Shown: piece by piece, positions 26,521 through 34,854 of the stretch
Layout of the letters: each line of letters begins with the position of its first letter
Position numbering within the stretch: the stretch's first letter is position 1
Assembly: GCA_011524915.1 (NCBI GenBank)
Contig: WTJH01000039.1
Location: 1-56,516, forward strand
Reading direction: 5' to 3'
Length of the DNA stretch: 56,516 bases
DNA from: Flavobacteriales bacterium
Lineage (GTDB): Bacteria > Bacteroidota > Bacteroidia > Flavobacteriales > Flavobacteriaceae
Notes under the pieces: generated by a model
Database searches by the model: none
Told to the model about the DNA's origin: nothing
The model's input: the letters and a program-made list of their open reading frames with translations, nothing else
Made by a program: the position numbers and the translations under genes

Positions 26521-27465
26521 TTAGTCTGCTGCGTAAACTTTTACGTTGTCGATATATACATCAACATCGGTTACCGCATAAAAAAGGATTGCCATTTGTC
26601 CACTTTCGTTGGTCGTAAACTGCTGCTCTACCAAGGTATGAGAAGTTTTCCCATTGGCTTGATCAGCAATAAATTGACTTACAGGTGTTTCAGCAACAGC
26701 AACAGCTCCGTCAGAAAAGTGTCCTCCAAGGATTTCAGAATAAATTCGATTCCCTCCTGGTGCAACACCCGCTTGCTCAGCTGGAGTCTTAATGGCATAC
26801 TCATATTCCAAGATATAATTTACCGTACGATCGGCGTTCGAAGGAGAAACAATGATTGCTTGGTAAGCATAACGTGTATTCGAACTTAGGTAAGGCCCTG
26901 CAGAAGTAGCTTTGGTCCATTTGGCACCCTTTGTTTTGGAACCGTTATCCGAACCATCGTAGTTGGTGAAAGATCCATCAGAACTAGAGTTATATGGACT
27001 CGTTGTCCCACCTGTAAAAGTTGAGAATTTCCAGTCGTTCTGACCGTCATCAAAATCTCCGTTAAGGATGGTAACAGGTAGTGGAACAAATCGATCTACT
27101 ACATTAACATCCACCGTAATTGAATTTGACGCATTGTTGGCATCAGAAGCCGTTAAAGTAACCGGGTAAGTCCCCGCACCTGCAGCAAAAGTGTAAGTTG
27201 GATCCTTATCGGTCGATGTATCTCCCCCAAAATCCCAAGAATAGTTCGTGGATTCTGTAGACAGGTTACTAAAAATGATCGTTTTAAAGTTCTCTGCAGA
27301 AGGACGATACGTAAATGCTGCAGATGGTGGCACGTTGTCCACTTGAGAGCCCGCTTCGGGTAACTCATACTCGAATGCTTCTTCACAACTCACTGTGACA
27401 GCCATCAGCGCTAAGCCGAGGACCATTCGAGCAGTTTTATTGAAAATGTTGAACTGATTTTGCAT
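26521..27465 (-). CDS. PKD-domain surface lipoprotein with a C-terminal CBM-like module
   Basis: Lipobox VTVSCEEAFE. PKD block YSWDFGGDTSTDKDPTYTFAAGAGTYPVTLTASD. C-terminal NGDFDDGQNDWKF...YIDNVKVYA. Confidence 0.7.
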   Translation of the reverse strand: MQNQFNIFNKTARMVLGLALMAVTVSCEEAFEYELPEAGSQVDNVPPSAAFTYRPSAENFKTIIFSNLSTESTNYSWDFGGDTSTDKDPTYTFAAGAGTYPVTLTASDANNASNSITVDVNVVDRFVPLPVTILNGDFDDGQNDWKFSTFTGGTTSPYNSSSDGSFTNYDGSDNGSKTKGAKWTKATSAGPYLSSNTRYAYQAIIVSPSNADRTVNYILEYEYAIKTPAEQAGVAPGGNRIYSEILGGHFSDGAVAVAETPVSQFIADQANGKTSHTLVEQQFTTNESGQMAILFYAVTDVDVYIDNVKVYAAD

Positions 27466-27483
27466 GATTAATACGATTTTAAA

Positions 27484-28968
27484 TTATTGAGGGTTTTGTG
27501 TTAAAAGCCCCTCACTCAAGTTAATTTCTCTTGCTGGAATAGGCAACAATAGTCTTCTAGCATTGTAACTAGTGTATCCCATCTCTGCTGCATGCGCACC
27601 TAAAACTTGATCAGCAACACCAAAGCGCAACAAATCAAAGAAACGGTGGTTTTCAAAAGCGAACTCTACTCTTCTTTCGATCAAAAGATCACTTTGTGTC
27701 AAAACTGCAGGACGGTCCGATACAGGATCAAATCCTGCTCGTTCTCTCACTTCCATATAATAATCAATAGCTCGGCCATTGGCGGTATCTCCACCGTTCA
27801 TAGAAGCTTCCGTATACATTAAAAGAATATCAGAATAACGCAAGATAATCCAGTCGTTCCCAGCATTAGCAGGAGATGATCCATAGGTTGGATTATCACG
27901 ATCCGAAATATCAGATCCCTCAGGTAAAAACTTAATTACCTCTGCATTTTCGGGAATGGCAAGAGCCGCATCGGAACCAAAAGCAGCGAAAGAAGCAGCT
28001 CCTCTGTTTCCACCATGAGAATTAAAGTCCTCAACTAGGTTGGTATTTACGATGTTTAAACCATCTTGTCTTCCTTGTCTTTTATAGGAAGTGAATTCGG
28101 AAGAAAACCCTTGACTTTCATCTGGATTTCCAGATACGTACTGAATCGCAAAAATGATTTCATCGTTCAGCTCGTTGTAAAAGACATCAGAAAAATTGTC
28201 TTCTAGAGAAAAGTCTCCGCTATCGATGATCGCTTGACAAAGGTCTCTTGCAGCGTCATAGTTAGGCGTTTCCAAAGACAAATATACTTTGGCCAATAAG
28301 CCCTGTGCTGCTGCCTGAGAAGCTCTCGCTTTGTGGCTGTTGTCTAAGTGTGCAACCCCCGCTTGAAGATCACTTACGATTTGATCGTAAACTAAATTCT
28401 TAGCCACTCGGGTAAAGAGCAATTCTTTATCATCCGCCACTACAACACTGGTCACTAATGGTACATCGCCATACAAGCGAACCAAGTTAAAATAGGCTAA
28501 TGCACGTAAAAACTTCGCTTCAGCAGTGTAAGCATCAACATTTTCTGCAGAAGCATTACTGACATAAGCTAAAACATTGTTGGCTCTAAAAATGATTTCG
28601 TACATGGATTGGTAATAATCCTCGGACTGAATATTTTCAGGCTCTACAATAAATCTATGGAAGTCTGCTCGAGACCCTTCTAACGTTTTACTACGCGTGT
28701 TGTCGGAGCGGTGTTCCGTTAAAAGATATTCCAACTGAATCCCTCTATTGAATCGAATAGCACTAGATTCAGTATTCTCATTAACTCCCTGAACGGCGTC
28801 ATAGATTCCTATAATTCCTGCTAATACGTCCTCATCAGACGCAAAGAAACTATTCGCTACAATCGCAGAATCTGGTAATGGATTTAGAAACTCATCTGCG
28901 TCGCAAGAGATCAACTGGACCCCTGCAAAAACAATAAGTAAAAATTTTATATGTTTCATCGTTAGCAT
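27484..28968 (-). CDS. susD: SusD/RagB-family lipoprotein
   Basis: Lipobox QLISCDADE. FLRALAYFNLVRLYGDVPL and C-terminal RRVEFAFENHRFFDLLR. The start could also be the second ATG at 28959. Confidence 0.85.
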   Translation of the reverse strand: MLTMKHIKFLLIVFAGVQLISCDADEFLNPLPDSAIVANSFFASDEDVLAGIIGIYDAVQGVNENTESSAIRFNRGIQLEYLLTEHRSDNTRSKTLEGSRADFHRFIVEPENIQSEDYYQSMYEIIFRANNVLAYVSNASAENVDAYTAEAKFLRALAYFNLVRLYGDVPLVTSVVVADDKELLFTRVAKNLVYDQIVSDLQAGVAHLDNSHKARASQAAAQGLLAKVYLSLETPNYDAARDLCQAIIDSGDFSLEDNFSDVFYNELNDEIIFAIQYVSGNPDESQGFSSEFTSYKRQGRQDGLNIVNTNLVEDFNSHGGNRGAASFAAFGSDAALAIPENAEVIKFLPEGSDISDRDNPTYGSSPANAGNDWIILRYSDILLMYTEASMNGGDTANGRAIDYYMEVRERAGFDPVSDRPAVLTQSDLLIERRVEFAFENHRFFDLLRFGVADQVLGAHAAEMGYTSYNARRLLLPIPAREINLSEGLLTQNPQ

Positions 28969-28971
28969 TTT

Positions 28972-31900
28972 TTAAAAGTTAATATTTAATCCTACAGAAG
29001 TAGTTCGGAACAATGGCGTACCTGCCCGTTGCGCACCATACGATTGTGGTGAGTTGTTCGAATCGATATATTCTGGGTTAAATCCGTGATAATCATCCGA
29101 TGTGATATACAATAGGTTTTGTCCTGTAGCATAAATTCTACATGAAGTAATCCCTAATGAAGTCACTAAATTATCTGGTAAAGTGTAGCCCAAGTTAACA
29201 TTTCTTAAAGAGAAGTAACCGGCACTCATCACGATATCATTGGTATGGATACGTGGCTTGATAAACGAAGCATCAGGAACAATTCCAGCAGCTACAACAG
29301 CTTGCTCGTCCAATGTTGCACCATTCCAGTGAGAGAAGAAATATTGATCTCCAACGTTTTTCACTTCCGCCCCTTGACTTCCCTGAATCATGAATGAAAA
29401 ATCAAAGTTTCCGAAATTGAACTGGTTTGTTAAACTCCAAACGATTTCTGGATATGGATCTCCCAAGATGGTTTTATCATCGTCTGTAATCAATCCATCT
29501 CCGTTCAAATCTTTTACGATTACGTCTTCAGAGATTCCGTTGATTGGAAGCCATGGAGATTGCCAATATTCGTCTGCCAACTCTTGGTCAACTACATATC
29601 CGTAGAAAGAAGATATCGGTTGTCCAACCAAGTTAATCCATTGCGAATTACGTCCAAATCCGTCTTGCGTAAGCGCTCCGTTAGATTCGCCATAGTCAAG
29701 TAAAACGTTTTTGTTGGTTGAAGCGATCAAAGTGGTGTCCCAAGAAAAGTTTTCACTGGTAACATTTTTGGTTCTTAATTCAAATTCCCATCCACTGTTT
29801 TCCACTTTTCCAAGGTTTACAATACCGTTGCTAAACCCAGTAACATAAGATACAGGATTGTTTAATAGCAACTGGTCACTTGTACGCTTGTAGTAATCGA
29901 TAGATCCAGAAATTCTATTGTATAGTAAACTGAAATCTAACCCAGGGTTAAATTCTTCAGATGCCTCCCATTGCAACAATAAGTTGGCGATGTTTTTAGG
30001 AGATACCCCTGCAGTAATGCTGTTCCCTGTAATAGCGTTGCTGGTATCCAGCTGCGCTAGATATGGCCATGCATTTACAAGATCGTCCCCTACGTTGAAG
30101 TTTTCAGATCCTGTAAGACCATAACTGGCTCTTAGCTTAAGTGTAGTAATCACGTCTGAATCGGCTAGGAAATCTTCGTTAGCAACATTCCAACCCACCG
30201 AGATGGCCGGGAAGTTACCCCACTTCGATTCTACTCCAAATACCGAACTTCCGTCACGTCGGAAAGATGCGTTTAACAAATATTTGTTGTCATATGCATA
30301 TCCGATACTACCAAAGTATCCAATTTTATTTTTAACCACGTTGATCTCTCCTTCAGATACAATCGTAGTGGCACCTTGTAGGTTTTTAAGCAAATCGTTG
30401 GTATAACCTGTTCCAACAATTTGGCTGGTCTCAGCTTGTCGTTTCTGAATAGTGACCCCTGCCAATGCGCTTATATCGTGGTTTCCGATTTGTTTTTTAT
30501 AAGATAAAGTGTTGTCTAAAATCAAACGAGATCGGAATCTGTTATTCAAAAGGTATTGAGCTCTACTGGAACCTGACTGGTGGTGTTTTGTACCATCCCA
30601 TCGAGTTCTCTTACGCTGCTCTAGAGTAACCCCTAAGGAAGACTTCGCTACTAAATCGTCCATGATTTCGTATTGTAAATACGCTCTTCCTAATAATTTG
30701 GTGTTAAACTCGTAGTGCTCTCTTTCAACATACTGAGCATAAGGGTTAGCATCTCCAGAAGTTCGAGGTCTGCTATCGCTACCGTCACCGTCTAGGTCTA
30801 ATTCAACCAAGTGGTTTTCATAGAAATAATCTCCAACGCCTACATTAGGATACGCATCTCTGTTGATGAACTGTAAAGTCTCTTCTGTATGATAGATAGG
30901 CAACCATGGAGACTGACGGATAGGGTTGTGAATCGAAGTGGGCAGTCTTCTTTGCTTGGAGTAAGAAGGCGTAGCACTTAAACCAAACTTTAACTTGTCC
31001 GTAACTTTACTATCCAGTTTTAATTTTGCAGAGTATAATTTATAATCATCTGTCAATACTACCCCTTCGTCATGTACATAACGCAAGGACGCTGTAAACT
31101 TTGTTGATTTTGATCCTCCACGAGCCGATAAAGAGTGACTGTTAATGAAACCGCCATCGAAGAAAACATCTTGCCAGTCACGGTCAATTCCTGTTACCTC
31201 AACGATTTTTTGAGCATATAAAGTAGCTTCAGAAATGGATCCTGTAGCAGCCAATTCGCGTGCTGCCCACTCGTCTAAGTTTTTCTTATAATCTTCACTT
31301 CCAAAAGCGTCTTTATAACCTGTGTAGGCTTGGTAAGAGAATTTAGTTTTCCCTTCTTCTCCCGTTTTGGTGGTAATCAAGATAACCCCGTTAGAACCTT
31401 CACTACCATAGATGGCGGCAGAGGCAGCATCCTTAAGCACCTCAAAGGATTCAACGTCGTTCATGTCAAGATTCCCCAAAAATTCAGCATCTACGATAAC
31501 TCCGTCTACTACAACAGCAGGTCCAGAGTCAGCTGTAATGGATCCAAAACCACGAACCGTAATGGTCGGTGCACCCCCAGCTTCTGGGTTAGTCGCTTGG
31601 ATGTTTACCCCAGAAACTTGTCCGATCAGGGCGTCGTCCACACGCGATACAGCAATTTGGTCGAGATTCTCATTTACAATTTTGGAAATTGCACCGGTCA
31701 CTAAACTCTTTCGTTGAGTGCTATAACCTGTGACAATAATTTCGTCTAATTCGTTTTGGTCTTGTTCCAAAACGACAGCAATGTTGTCTTGTCCACTGTA
31801 AGTGATCGCTTGGGTTACATAGCCCAAATACGAAAAGACGAGTACATCCCCTTCACTAACGGATAATGAGAAATTTCCGTCAAAGTCGGTGGTCGTACCA

Positions 31901-32046
31901 TTGTTGGTGTTTTGCACAACTACATTAGCTCCAGGTACTGGAACTCCGTCGGAACCCGTTACGGTACCATTGACTTGGGTTTGTGCAAAAGAAAAAGCAC
32001 TGCAAAGCAAAACTGCCAACAGCACAAAATTCTGTTTGATTTTCAT
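28972..32046 (-). CDS. susC: SusC-type TonB-dependent outer-membrane transporter
   Basis: Same domain order as the ORF at 20471..23638. Plug motif VESFEVLKDAASAAIYGSEGSNGVILITTKTG. Terminal F. Confidence 0.9.
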   Translation of the reverse strand: MKIKQNFVLLAVLLCSAFSFAQTQVNGTVTGSDGVPVPGANVVVQNTNNGTTTDFDGNFSLSVSEGDVLVFSYLGYVTQAITYSGQDNIAVVLEQDQNELDEIIVTGYSTQRKSLVTGAISKIVNENLDQIAVSRVDDALIGQVSGVNIQATNPEAGGAPTITVRGFGSITADSGPAVVVDGVIVDAEFLGNLDMNDVESFEVLKDAASAAIYGSEGSNGVILITTKTGEEGKTKFSYQAYTGYKDAFGSEDYKKNLDEWAARELAATGSISEATLYAQKIVEVTGIDRDWQDVFFDGGFINSHSLSARGGSKSTKFTASLRYVHDEGVVLTDDYKLYSAKLKLDSKVTDKLKFGLSATPSYSKQRRLPTSIHNPIRQSPWLPIYHTEETLQFINRDAYPNVGVGDYFYENHLVELDLDGDGSDSRPRTSGDANPYAQYVEREHYEFNTKLLGRAYLQYEIMDDLVAKSSLGVTLEQRKRTRWDGTKHHQSGSSRAQYLLNNRFRSRLILDNTLSYKKQIGNHDISALAGVTIQKRQAETSQIVGTGYTNDLLKNLQGATTIVSEGEINVVKNKIGYFGSIGYAYDNKYLLNASFRRDGSSVFGVESKWGNFPAISVGWNVANEDFLADSDVITTLKLRASYGLTGSENFNVGDDLVNAWPYLAQLDTSNAITGNSITAGVSPKNIANLLLQWEASEEFNPGLDFSLLYNRISGSIDYYKRTSDQLLLNNPVSYVTGFSNGIVNLGKVENSGWEFELRTKNVTSENFSWDTTLIASTNKNVLLDYGESNGALTQDGFGRNSQWINLVGQPISSFYGYVVDQELADEYWQSPWLPINGISEDVIVKDLNGDGLITDDDKTILGDPYPEIVWSLTNQFNFGNFDFSFMIQGSQGAEVKNVGDQYFFSHWNGATLDEQAVVAAGIVPDASFIKPRIHTNDIVMSAGYFSLRNVNLGYTLPDNLVTSLGITSCRIYATGQNLLYITSDDYHGFNPEYIDSNNSPQSYGAQRAGTPLFRTTSVGLNINF

Positions 32047-32165
32047 ACGTACTTGTTTAATTAGATTTCATTTTTGACTTAATTACTCCGAATAACGTCT
32101 TTTCAAGGGGCACGTATATACTGGATATATGAACCTTAACTGTCTGTAAATCAGAACAAATAAAT

Positions 32166-32207
32166 TTGGTTGTCCAAATTGGTTAACCAAGTTGGTTTAC
32201 TAATATA
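32166..32207 (-). promoter_or_regulatory. Three tandem operator units (TTGGTTGTCCAA, TTGGTTAACCAA, TTGGTTTACTAA) abutting the -7-like box TATATTAG of the SusC2 unit
   Basis: Units at 32166..32177, 32179..32190 and 32192..32203, giving an exact 13-nt period. About 120-160 nt upstream of the SusC2 ATG. Confidence 0.55.
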
Positions 32208-32243
32208 CTATATTTTGGATATCTTCAAAGGTTTTATGGGAGA

Positions 32244-32594
32244 TTATCCTTCCATAAAGTCCTCGCGAATCGGACTAAATACATCAATTAATTCTCCTGC
32301 TTCGCGACAAATGGCTCCGTGAAGTGCATGAGGAGGAATATAAAAACTATCGCCTGCACGAAGGGTTTGAGTTTTTCCCGCAATCGTTGTTTCAAATGCC
32401 CCGGAAACCACATAAGTAACTTGTGAATGATAATGCTCGTGCATCTGGCCTATACCGCCTTCGTCGAAATGTACACGCACCAACATAATTTTGTCGTCAT
32501 AACCTAGAATTTTTCTTTTAACACCTGGAGCAACAGTTTCCCAAGCGATATCTGCGTCATTGATAAATTCTGAACTTGAACCAAAGGATTTCAT
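32244..32594 (-). CDS. kdgF: Cupin-family KdgF (uronate linearisation)
   Basis: Cupin motifs GQMHEHYHSQVTYVVSG and PPHALHG. 116 aa from MKSFGSS. The longer ORF-track start would overlap the PL17 gene. Confidence 0.8.
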   Translation of the reverse strand: MKSFGSSSEFINDADIAWETVAPGVKRKILGYDDKIMLVRVHFDEGGIGQMHEHYHSQVTYVVSGAFETTIAGKTQTLRAGDSFYIPPHALHGAICREAGELIDVFSPIREDFMEG

Positions 32595-32613
32595 AATTTC
32601 TAATCGATTTTTA

Positions 32614-34854
32614 TTAATGTTTAATTTGAATTGGGCCTTTCCAATCAAGAGTCTGCCCATTGATATTTATGCTATGTTGTGTCTCGGGCGAATTGTCCCG
32701 ATGCGCTATACAAACCTGTATGCTTCCTCCCCTAAGGAGTTGAATTCGGATAACACTATAAAACTCGGTCCCGTATAGGGTTTCAATCGCTTGAATGGAG
32801 GAACGAGAATTTAATGCAATCTCTGTTACTGGACTGTAACTCCCGTGAATCTCAATAGTATTTACAAATAAGGTATTTTGAGTTGCGGTCCGGCGTTGAA
32901 TCACTACGGGATCTTTGCGCAGATTAAATAAAGGATCATTTGCACCCAATTGTCCAAAAATAAACTGATCGGCAGCTTCGGTCTGGAAGCTTAGCGTATA
33001 AAAATGATCTTTCTTCTTAATGTTTATACGTTTGGTTCCGCCGGTAGTTTTCCCCTCAGCTATCTTCCATTGATGTTGATAGCCAAACTTTTTCCCCAAG
33101 GGATTCAAGCTTTTCTCTGGTATCAATTCCAAATCGGTCTCCATCAAATGCCCTAAATAATGAAAAGGCAAATCGTATTGATGTGCAGCCGAAGACTCTA
33201 GCTTAAAAACGTCCAAAACCAAAGGATGCTCCAGGCGTTCGTCTTGAATTAAAAACAAGGTTCGATGCATTTCAGTTCCCGGATAAGCATCAGAATCTTC
33301 CATACTGATCCATTGATCTCCGGCTGAAGCCAGACGACTGTGGAATTTTCGGGCATGAAACTGACTGCCGATTTCATAGGATCCCTTATGATGGGAAATC
33401 TCATCTTGTACTATCGTATTGTGTGCCAATGTTTGCTTGGCCCAAGTTTTATTTTCTTTGAGATAGCCCCCTCCATTTTTTTGATCGATATTCACAAAAC
33501 GCGCTAACCCATAGTCCTGTAAAATATCCTCTCCTTTATATAATAAGGAATAAGATAAACGATCGTAGTGGCCATGACTATTTCCTTGTGCGGTATATTT
33601 AGCAACAATGTTCACTTCATCTGCTCCCGCTCGAAGACTGGTGATCCCTCCTTGTTTTCCTTCTGGACCATCCGTAAATTCCATAGAACCCTTGCGGAAG
33701 GGAACTGCTTTTCCTTGATCAATAGCCAAAGCAACCGCAAAACCGGCATCGTCTAAACTCACTCTTTTTTGTTCCTGAGCAATAGACAACAAGCCCGGAT
33801 CGGGTTCGCCATAATGGTAGGCTATATTAACTGCAGATACCAACTCTCGAGAAAAATATGACATCCCTTTTTGAGCATCGTTCAGCGCATAAAACTCCCC
33901 GTCCGTATCGGTCAGATTTAAAAGGGTTTCAACTGCCTTGAGCAACACCCCATCTTTGTAGTTCCAAATGTCTTGCTCCGGACGTTTGTTGTGAAGTCCT
34001 ACCGCAAAAACCAAATAGGGATACATAGCATACCGCTGATAATAGGGGGCTTCTGTATAATAGCCTTCAGGAGAAAAAGGTGCATCAATATTGGCCAAAA
34101 AACCGGCCTTTTCTCCTGGCTTTCGGATAAATCCACCGTCGTTATCTTTAGCCTCCAAACTTGTATTATCCAACGATATCCCGTACAAAGCCCGCTGGAT
34201 AAGAGCTTCGTCCTCGAGTACCAAGCCCATCAGGCCTACTGCCGCATTCCCCCAAGTACTGTGGTTGTGGATCCGGTTGAAAAATTGAGGATTTTCGACC
34301 GAAATATAATCCGCAAATGGGCGGAATAGTTCGGTTTCTAAATAGTTGCGTTCGGAAGCACTTAAGTAATTGTATACGCAATCATAGGCTTGGCTCGCAT
34401 AAACCAACCAATTGGAATCGTTTAAACATTGCCAAAAAATCTTTCCACGAGCATAGGAGCGTGGCTGCGGATGAATGGGTAGTTCATTGTAGATTTTGGC
34501 ATAGGCCATAAGAACCTCCTTCACATAGGCCGCATAGGTGTCGTCTTCCAAAATTTGATACAGCACAGCTGCTTTTTGAAGGACAAAAAAGTTGCGCTTG
34601 TGGCGTTCGTGTGTATAGCCCCCTGCCATATCCTTTGGAATGGGTACAAAAACACCCTCCTGAATTTCGGCATCCACTTCGGCTTTAACTTCATTCAAAT
34701 ATCGATCAAATGTGGGCACTTTACCCAAATGTGTCCGAATCTTTGCCACACCTTCTGCTGTTAAAATCAAATTGGGGTGGTCCTGAGCTTGCATGGGCTT
34801 AACAGCCAAAAAAGCACAAATAAGGGTCCAAAAAAGTAAGGATTTATAGTTCAT
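32614..34854 (-). CDS. PL17-family oligoalginate lyase (alginate-lyase N-domain plus heparinase II/III-like C-domain)
   Basis: Signal peptide. Blocks GGYTHERHKRNF, RIHNHSTWGNAA, YYTEAPYYQRYAMYP and NSHGHYDRLS. 746 aa. Confidence 0.85.
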   Translation of the reverse strand: MNYKSLLFWTLICAFLAVKPMQAQDHPNLILTAEGVAKIRTHLGKVPTFDRYLNEVKAEVDAEIQEGVFVPIPKDMAGGYTHERHKRNFFVLQKAAVLYQILEDDTYAAYVKEVLMAYAKIYNELPIHPQPRSYARGKIFWQCLNDSNWLVYASQAYDCVYNYLSASERNYLETELFRPFADYISVENPQFFNRIHNHSTWGNAAVGLMGLVLEDEALIQRALYGISLDNTSLEAKDNDGGFIRKPGEKAGFLANIDAPFSPEGYYTEAPYYQRYAMYPYLVFAVGLHNKRPEQDIWNYKDGVLLKAVETLLNLTDTDGEFYALNDAQKGMSYFSRELVSAVNIAYHYGEPDPGLLSIAQEQKRVSLDDAGFAVALAIDQGKAVPFRKGSMEFTDGPEGKQGGITSLRAGADEVNIVAKYTAQGNSHGHYDRLSYSLLYKGEDILQDYGLARFVNIDQKNGGGYLKENKTWAKQTLAHNTIVQDEISHHKGSYEIGSQFHARKFHSRLASAGDQWISMEDSDAYPGTEMHRTLFLIQDERLEHPLVLDVFKLESSAAHQYDLPFHYLGHLMETDLELIPEKSLNPLGKKFGYQHQWKIAEGKTTGGTKRINIKKKDHFYTLSFQTEAADQFIFGQLGANDPLFNLRKDPVVIQRRTATQNTLFVNTIEIHGSYSPVTEIALNSRSSIQAIETLYGTEFYSVIRIQLLRGGSIQVCIAHRDNSPETQHSININGQTLDWKGPIQIKH

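Noticed and set aside
32595-32660. N-terminal extension of kdgF, with similar extensions of dut (55566..55631), Usp (40044..40109) and SusC1 (23639..23677)
   Set aside because: The extensions overlap neighbouring genes or leader sequence. They precede internal ATGs that give family-typical N-termini.
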